Shown: positions 58,008-64,000 of the stretch, piece by piece | Layout of the letters: each line of letters starts with the position of its first letter | Numbering within the stretch: the stretch's first letter is position 1 | Origin: Myxococcota bacterium | GTDB lineage: Bacteria; Myxococcota_A; Polyangia; Polyangiales; Sandaracinaceae | Direction: 5' to 3' | Assembly (NCBI GenBank): GCA_036149055.1 | Contig: JAYZQJ010000133.1 | Location: 32,001 to 96,000 of the forward strand | Length of the DNA: 64,000 nucleotides | Position numbers and translations under genes: made by a program | Notes under the pieces: generated by a model | Seen by the model: only the letters and a program-made list of their open reading frames with translations | What the model was told of the DNA's origin: nothing | Databases searched by the model: none

Positions 58008-59852
58008 TCATCGATAGCCCTCGGCCTGCAGGGCGAAGAGGCGGGCGTAGCGGCCCTGGTCGGCGACGAGGGACTCGTGGGAGCCCGACTCGAGGACGCG
58101 GCCTCGGTCGAGCACGATGATGCGGTCGGCCATGCGCACGGTGGAGAAGCGGTGCGAGATGAGGATCGCCATCTTGTCGCGGGTCAGCTCCTTGAAGCGC
58201 TGGAAGATGAGGGCCTCCGCCTCGGCGTCCATCGCGCTGGTGGGCTCGTCGAGCACCAGGATGTCGGCCCCCTCGCGCATGAACGCCCGGGCCAGCGCGA
58301 CCTTCTGCCACTGCCCGCCGCTGAGCTCGGTGCCGCCCTTGAACCAGCGACCGAGCTGCGTCCGATAGCCCTCGGCGAGCTCGTCGGCGACCGCGTCGGC
58401 CATGCCCTGCGCGGCCGCGCGCTCCCACCGGGCGACGTCGTCGAAGCCCTCCACGTCGCCGGCCCCGATGTTCTCGCCGAAGAGGAGCTGGTAGCGCACG
58501 AAGTCCTGGAAGATCACGCCGATGCGACGTCGGAGCGCGGCGGGGCGCCAGGCGCGCAGATCGGTGCCGTCGAGCAGGATGCGGCCGGAGGTCGGCGTGT
58601 AGAGGCCCCCGAGGAGCTTGATGAGCGTCGTCTTGCCGGCGCCGTTCTCGCCGACGAGCGCGATCTTCTCGCCCGGCCTCAGGTGCAGGCTCACGTCCTC
58701 GATCGCCGGGCGCGGCGCCCCGGGGTAGGCGAAGCTCACGTGCTCGAAGCGCAGGCCGTCGCCGGGGCGCGCCCCCTCCTCCACGTCGCCCGCGTCGTCG
58801 TCCACGGGGTGCTCGAGGAACTCGTAGAGGTTCGAGAGGTAGAGGTTGTCCTCGTACATGCCGCCGATCGCGGTCAGGATGGCGCTGAGCGCGCTCTGCC
58901 CCTGCTTGAAGAGCAGGAAGTACATCGTCATGTCGCCGAGGGTGATCGCGCCGGCCGCCGCGGTGAGGCCGATCCACGCGTAGCCGCCGTAGAGCGCGAG
59001 GGTGCTGACGAGCCCGAGCAGGAAGCCCCACACGCCGCGGCGGAACGTCAGGGCGCGATCCTCGGCGAAGACCTTGTCGAAGATGGCTCGGTAGCGGCGC
59101 AGCAGCAGCGGCCCGAGGTCGAAGAGCTTCACCTCCTTCGCGTGGTCCTCGCGGGCGAGCACCGTCTCCAGGTACATCTGCTCGCGGGCCTCGGGCGCGC
59201 GCCAGCGGAAGAGGCGGAAGGCGTCCTTGCTGAAGCGGGTCTCGGCGACGAACGCGGGCACCGCCGCGAGGCCGAGCACGAGCAGCGCCCAGGGAGAGAA
59301 GCCGAAGATGATCGCGGCGTAGGAGACGAGGCTGATCGCGTTCTGCACCACGCCGAAGGCGCGCTTCACCAGCGAGAGCGGCCGGCTCGAGGCCTCGCGC
59401 CGCGCCCGGGTCAGCCGGTCGTAGAACTCGCTGTCCTCGAAGTCCCGGAGCGAGAGCGTCAGCGCCTTCTCCAGGATCATCTCGTTGACCCGGTGCCCGA
59501 GGAGCGCGCGGAGCAGGTTCTGGGTGACGTCGATGCCGCGCTGGGCGGCCGCGAGCACGGCGACCAGGGCGAGCTCGGCCCCGATGTACCAGAGCACCAT
59601 CTCCCGGTCGGCCTCGGCGCCGGTCCGGGCGGCCCGCACCACGCCGTCGACGATCAGCTTGCCGACGTAGGCGACGCCAGCCGGGGCGACGCCCGCGATC
59701 ACGCTGAGCGCGGCGAGGGCGACGCTCAGCCCGCGGTGCGTGCGCCAGACGAGCGCGAACGCCCGCCCGGTGTAGCGCAGCACCCCGAGCCCGAAGCGGG
59801 CCTCGTCCTCGTCCTCCACCCCCGACCTATGGGGCGCCTCGAGCCCGCCCAC
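58008..59852 (-). CDS. ABC exporter, fused permease/ATPase
   Basis: TM domain, AKEVKLF, GENGAGKTT, LSGGQWQK, LDEPT, ISHRFSTVRMAD. Confidence 0.92.
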   Translation of the reverse strand: MGGLEAPHRSGVEDEDEARFGLGVLRYTGRAFALVWRTHRGLSVALAALSVIAGVAPAGVAYVGKLIVDGVVRAARTGAEADREMVLWYIGAELALVAVLAAAQRGIDVTQNLLRALLGHRVNEMILEKALTLSLRDFEDSEFYDRLTRARREASSRPLSLVKRAFGVVQNAISLVSYAAIIFGFSPWALLVLGLAAVPAFVAETRFSKDAFRLFRWRAPEAREQMYLETVLAREDHAKEVKLFDLGPLLLRRYRAIFDKVFAEDRALTFRRGVWGFLLGLVSTLALYGGYAWIGLTAAAGAITLGDMTMYFLLFKQGQSALSAILTAIGGMYEDNLYLSNLYEFLEHPVDDDAGDVEEGARPGDGLRFEHVSFAYPGAPRPAIEDVSLHLRPGEKIALVGENGAGKTTLIKLLGGLYTPTSGRILLDGTDLRAWRPAALRRRIGVIFQDFVRYQLLFGENIGAGDVEGFDDVARWERAAAQGMADAVADELAEGYRTQLGRWFKGGTELSGGQWQKVALARAFMREGADILVLDEPTSAMDAEAEALIFQRFKELTRDKMAILISHRFSTVRMADRIIVLDRGRVLESGSHESLVADQGRYARLFALQAEGYR

Positions 59853-59873
59853 AACTCGCCGATCGGGCGGGGG

Positions 59874-60254
59874 TCACGCGTCGGCGGGGGCGGCGGCGGG
59901 GACGGCGTGGTGCTCGAGGGCCTCGAGCGCGATGAGCTCCAGCGCGCTCTCCTCGGTCGCCTCGAGCACGACCGGAGGCGCGGCGTCGGCCTCGAACGCC
60001 TCGAGCCAGCGGGCCGCGCAGAGGCACCAGCGGTCACCTGGCTTCAGGCCCGGGAAGCCCGGGCCGGGGCTGCTCAGGTCGTTGCCGCGGGCGCGGCTGA
60101 AGGCGAGGAAGTCCTCGGTCATCAACGCGCAGACCACGTGCCGGCCGAGGTCGCCGGCGTCCGTCTCGCAGCAGCCGGTGCGGAACCAGCCGGTCTTGGG
60201 GCGCTCGCTGCAGGTAGAGAGCGGCCCGCCCAGGACGTTTCGTGCGTCGCTCAT
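59874..60254 (-). CDS. DUF2237 family protein
   Basis: NVLGGPL..CS..P.TGWFRTGCC, GNDLS, GLKPGDRWCLCA.RW. Confidence 0.9.
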   Translation of the reverse strand: MSDARNVLGGPLSTCSERPKTGWFRTGCCETDAGDLGRHVVCALMTEDFLAFSRARGNDLSSPGPGFPGLKPGDRWCLCAARWLEAFEADAAPPVVLEATEESALELIALEALEHHAVPAAAPADA

Positions 60255-60386
60255 GGCGCGCAGCCTGACAGGCCGGACGCGTCAACGCGACCCCGAGCTC
60301 TCGGAGCTCGCCTCCCCCCCCACAGCGTTGGCGGAGCCCCGAGGCCCGGGGTTGCCCCGACACTCAACGGCAACCGGTCGAAATTC

Positions 60387-61397
60387 TCAACGGGCCCATC
60401 GCGTCACGCCGACGGTTTCCAGGATCAGCCAGCCGACGAACGCCGCGTAGAGCACGAGGAGCAAGACGCCTTCGGTGCGGGTCAGCCGGAGGCGGGTCCG
60501 CATGAAGGCGAAGAGCGCGATCGTCGCCAGGGTCAAGAAGCCCATCAGGGGCGCCGCCACCCCGAAGTCGACCGGCGCCTCGCCGGCCACGAGCACGCCG
60601 GCGGGGATCGCGACGAGCAGGTCGAAGATGTTGCTCCCCAGCACGTTGCCCATGCTCAGGTCGCCGTCGCCGCGGCGCGCGCCGCGAACGCTGATGACCG
60701 CGTCCGGCAGGCTGGTGGCCGCGGCGACCACGGTCGCGCCCCAGATGAAGCTCGGGGTGCCGAGGGTGTCGCCGAGCCACAGCGCGGTGCGCAACAACAT
60801 CTCCACGCCGGCGACCACCAGGAGCAGACCGAGGAAGAGCGTCCACCAGTCCCGCCACGCCGGGCCGTCGACCGCCTCGCGCTCGCCTCGCTCGGCGCCC
60901 TCCCCGCGCGTCTCTTGATGCTGGAGGAAGAGGTAGAGCCCGTAGAGGGCGAGGGGCACGAGCACGATCCAGCGGTCGAGCGTGCCGGTGAGGTGCTCGC
61001 CGGTGGGCTGGTAGATGAGCGCGAAGCTGAACGCGAGCAGGAGCACGGCGACGCTCGTCAGGTAGAACTGCGCGTCTCGATAGACGAGCTTGAGGTCGTA
61101 GCGGAGCCCCTCGCCGGAGAGCGCGCTCACCCCGGGGATGACCAGGATGTTGAACACGGCCGAGCCGACCACCGAGGCGACGCCGAGCTCCATCTCGTCG
61201 TGAATGAGCGCGGAGGCGATGGTGGCGGTGACCTCGGGGAAGCTCGATCCGACGGCGACCACGAGGGTGCCCTGCACGATGGCCGGGAGGTGGTAGCGGC
61301 GAGCGAGCCGGTCGCCCGCGGTCTCGAGCGCGCCGCTGCCCTTCCAGGCCAGGGCGGTGCCGACCACGAGCATCGAGAGATGGATCAGGGTGTCCAC
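60387..61397 (-). CDS. Sodium/calcium antiporter (YrbG/CaCA family)
   Basis: GSSFPE, GSAVFNIL, ATSLPD, GNVLGSNIFD alpha repeats. Confidence 0.9.
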   Translation of the reverse strand: MDTLIHLSMLVVGTALAWKGSGALETAGDRLARRYHLPAIVQGTLVVAVGSSFPEVTATIASALIHDEMELGVASVVGSAVFNILVIPGVSALSGEGLRYDLKLVYRDAQFYLTSVAVLLLAFSFALIYQPTGEHLTGTLDRWIVLVPLALYGLYLFLQHQETRGEGAERGEREAVDGPAWRDWWTLFLGLLLVVAGVEMLLRTALWLGDTLGTPSFIWGATVVAAATSLPDAVISVRGARRGDGDLSMGNVLGSNIFDLLVAIPAGVLVAGEAPVDFGVAAPLMGFLTLATIALFAFMRTRLRLTRTEGVLLLVLYAAFVGWLILETVGVTRWAR

Positions 61398-61461
61398 GAC
61401 GTCCCGGACCTAGGTCCGAGCGGCGCGTGCGCACGATCCGGGCCCGTGTGATGCTGGCGAG

Positions 61462-62679
61462 GTGCGCTGGCTCCTCGCGCTCACGATCCTCGGCTGCGGC
61501 GCGACGCCGGACGCGGCCCCCGACGCGGGCCACACGCCGCCGCCGAGGCAGACCGAGCTCCGCGCGGCCGCGGTCACCGTCGACGTCACCCCGGAGCCGG
61601 GCGTCGAGATCGTCGGCTTCGGCCGCCGCACCTCCACCGCGGTCCGGGATCCGCTCTTCGGCGCGGTCTTGGTGGTCGCGTCGCCGTCGGGGGTCGTAGC
61701 GATCGTGACCCTGGACGTGCCGGGCATCTTCGAGTGGCACGCGCAGCTGATCCGTGGACAGGTCGCGGCCGCGGTGGGCGTCGGGGTCGAGCAGGTCGTG
61801 GTCGCCGCGAGCCACACCCACTCGGCGCCGATGCTGGGAGACGACGCCTGGAGCCGCCGCACGATGGACGCCCTGGCCGACGCGGCGCGGCGGGCCCGGG
61901 AGACGCTCGCGCCGGCGTGGCTGGGGGTCGGGCGCGCCGAGGTCGGCTTCTGCGTGAACCGTCGGCTCGCGGTGGACGGCGTGGTCCGGGCGGCGCCCAA
62001 CCCCGAGGGCCCGGTCGACCCGCGGATCCGGGTGCTCCGGCTCGCCACCCCGGAGGGCGCCCCGATCGCGACCGTCACGCACGCCGTCTGCCACCCCAAC
62101 CTGCTCCTCGGCGCCGAGAGCACCGCCATCAGCGCCGACTTCCCCGGCGAGGCGCGCGCCCGGCTCGACGATCCGTGGCTCTTCCTGCCCGGCGCGGCCG
62201 GCGACGTGAGGCCGCTGACCGTCGACGCGGAGGGAGAGTTCCGGCTCGCCACCGACGCCGAGGTGCGCGACGTGGGGCGCACGCTCGCGGAGGCGACCGA
62301 GGCGGCGCCGGCCGCTCCCGCGCCGGTCCACGGGGACGCGATCGACAGCGCCACCACGCGCCTCGATCTGACGCGCCGCGACGACCGCCCGATGTCGGTC
62401 GAGCTCTCGGCCCACCGCGTCGGCGACGTCACGCTCGTCACCATCCCGGGCGAGCCCTTCGTCGACATCGGCCTTACGGTCGAGCGCCGCGTCCTGGCCG
62501 AGGGCCTCGCCGGCGAGGTGATCGTGATCGGCTACGCGAACGGCTACGCCGACTACATCGTCACCCCGGAGGCCGAGCCGCTCGGCGGCTACGAGGTGGA
62601 GCGCTCGCTGTTGCCGCCCACCGCGGCGGCGGAGATCGAAGACGCCCTCGTCGCCCTCGCCCGCCAGGTCGCCCCGTGA
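61462..62679 (+). CDS. Ceramidase-N family hydrolase, lipoprotein
   Basis: ILGC lipobox; VDVTP, ASHTHSAP, VNRR, CHP, ISADFPG, GAAGD, PGEPF, GYANG, GGYE. Confidence 0.75.
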   Translation: MRWLLALTILGCGATPDAAPDAGHTPPPRQTELRAAAVTVDVTPEPGVEIVGFGRRTSTAVRDPLFGAVLVVASPSGVVAIVTLDVPGIFEWHAQLIRGQVAAAVGVGVEQVVVAASHTHSAPMLGDDAWSRRTMDALADAARRARETLAPAWLGVGRAEVGFCVNRRLAVDGVVRAAPNPEGPVDPRIRVLRLATPEGAPIATVTHAVCHPNLLLGAESTAISADFPGEARARLDDPWLFLPGAAGDVRPLTVDAEGEFRLATDAEVRDVGRTLAEATEAAPAAPAPVHGDAIDSATTRLDLTRRDDRPMSVELSAHRVGDVTLVTIPGEPFVDIGLTVERRVLAEGLAGEVIVIGYANGYADYIVTPEAEPLGGYEVERSLLPPTAAAEIEDALVALARQVAP

Positions 62680-62688
62680 AGGCGCGGC

Positions 62689-63345
62689 TCACACCTCGTC
62701 GAGGATCTGCTCGCGGCGGCGCTCGTACTCCGCGCTCGTGATGCTGCCCTTCTCGTGCAGCTCCTCGAGCGTCGCGAGGCGAGTCGCGAGGTCGTCGACG
62801 CTGGCCCGGGCACGAGGCGCGGCGGGCGCCTGCTCTTCGGCCGCCGCCTGCTCGGCCGCCTCCCGGGCCTCGCGGCTGCGCGCCCGCTTCGGATCGAAGG
62901 CGTCCTTGGCGCGCGCCTTCACGTCGGCGAACACCTCGCGCATCTCGGCGTCGCTCATCTGGCCGTCGCTCGCGAAGTAGAGGCGCGCGACGGTGCCGAG
63001 CGCGACGGTGGCCGCGAAGATGAAGGGCGCCGCGATCAGCCCGCCGAACCCGGGGAGCAGGATCTTGCCCGCCGTGCTCGCGAGCTTGCTGCCGACCAGC
63101 GAGAGCCCGACGGTCGCGCCGATCTTGGTCAGCAGCTCCAACGCCGACTCGCGGGAGAGCTGCTTGCCGTAGTGCTCGCCGATCCCGATCACCATGCCGA
63201 CGTGGACCGGCATCACGCCGATGAGCTCGCTGCCGGGGATCGGCAGCAGGGTCAGGGCGGCGGTGGCGTAGCCGCAGCGCTCGATCAAGCGGCGCGAGCG
63301 GCGCTCGGCCTCGTCCTGGGCGGGTCCGAAGAGGTAGTCCTGCAT
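62689..63345 (-). CDS. DUF697-like protein with C-terminal SHOCT domain
   Basis: LLPIPG, KILLPGFG, LATLEELHEKGSITSAEYERRREQIL. Confidence 0.75.
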   Translation of the reverse strand: MQDYLFGPAQDEAERRSRRLIERCGYATAALTLLPIPGSELIGVMPVHVGMVIGIGEHYGKQLSRESALELLTKIGATVGLSLVGSKLASTAGKILLPGFGGLIAAPFIFAATVALGTVARLYFASDGQMSDAEMREVFADVKARAKDAFDPKRARSREAREAAEQAAAEEQAPAAPRARASVDDLATRLATLEELHEKGSITSAEYERRREQILDEV

Positions 63346-63416
63346 CGCCGGAGGATACGCGCGAGGGCGCGCCGATGTTTCCTCGCAGCGCGCGCAGTCA
63401 TTTTCGCCGCGCGCTG

Positions 63417-63686
63417 CTAGCGACGCGCGAGCGCGCGGAAGATCGGCGTGGCGATCGCGGCTCCGAGCACGCCGGCCGCCGCGAAGCCCACCACGCCCCA
63501 GATCGCGAGCAGCAGGAGCGCGCCCCGCGGACCCATGACGTAGACGCGCCCGGAGTCGTAGAGCCACATCGCGAGCACGGCGCCCAGCGCGCCGAGCCCC
63601 GCGCCGACCCGGAGCCCCCACGCCTGCGCGTCGAGCTGCCGCGCGAGCGCCCCCGCCAAGAGCTCTCCGTGCCGCTCCTCGCTCAT
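63417..63686 (-). CDS. Small 2-TM hypothetical protein
   Basis: Two hydrophobic segments; start MSEERH inferred. Confidence 0.5.
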   Translation of the reverse strand: MSEERHGELLAGALARQLDAQAWGLRVGAGLGALGAVLAMWLYDSGRVYVMGPRGALLLLAIWGVVGFAAAGVLGAAIATPIFRALARR

Positions 63687-63917
63687 CCCCGCCGACCGCC
63701 TGTACATGCTCTTCAGAACGCGGCGCGCGCGCCCGGATTCCCCGTTTCGGTGCGCCCACGTCACACATCGGGCGGCGGTGATCCCACATTGCCATCGTTC
63801 AGGATTCCGCGATCGGCCGAAAGACGTAGCGAGGCTGATGCGGTCGCGCGTGATCGCGCGTGAAATGGGTGAAAGCCCTACCGACGCGGGCGGCGTCGCC
63901 TTGCTACCCTTGGCGCG

Positions 63918-64000
63918 GTGGCAGAGCCCCAACCGGCGGAGGAGCCCGAGCGCCTGGCGCCGGGGACGATCCTCGAGGAGCGCTACCGCATCCTCGGCGA
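63918..64000 (+). CDS. Probable Ser/Thr protein kinase (5' end only)
   Basis: VAEPQPAEEPERLAPGTILEERYRILG resembles the Pkn-type kinase N-terminus. Confidence 0.55.
   Translation, partial: MAEPQPAEEPERLAPGTILEERYRILG

Noticed and set aside
63800..63900. FMN riboswitch or hammerhead-like words (GGGTGAAAGCCCTACCGAC; CTGATG/GAAA)
   Set aside because: Only isolated fragments; the remaining conserved cores and stems are missing.

Overview
Gene-dense, very GC-rich bacterial DNA. PEGA proteins, MYXO-CTERM-like tails, DAG-rich lipoprotein linkers and a sterol reductase point to Myxococcota, probably Polyangiales/Sandaracinaceae-like (inference). I can support about 67 CDS. I saw no rRNA, tRNA, CRISPR array or transposase. 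Most long ORFs in the supplied track are antisense shadows of real genes. Recognisable content: ERG24-type sterol reductase, alkyl-DHAP-synthase-like flavoprotein, ribA, divergent folE, queD, bfd-bfr with an Fe/B12-type ABC importer around a Fur-like box, KaiC-like ATPase plus hybrid kinase, GH3, pectate-lyase-like and other secreted proteins, and two ceramidase-family genes. Best leads: (1) a translationally coupled class-III aminotransferase-LuxE-LuxC operon without luciferase, a possible acid-to-aldehyde-to-amine pathway; (2) a 4-Cys MerR-degenerate FolE-LON_substr-Rieske operon; (3) a nested REP/MITE-like palindrome array at 45.75-46.03 kb; (4) a 960-aa Cys-less CpXC/coiled-coil/acidic/HEAT protein beside a metallophosphatase; (5) tandem Cys-motif membrane paralogs next to a CarboxypepD_reg-PDZ protein. 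All family calls come from motif recognition by eye; no database searches were run.
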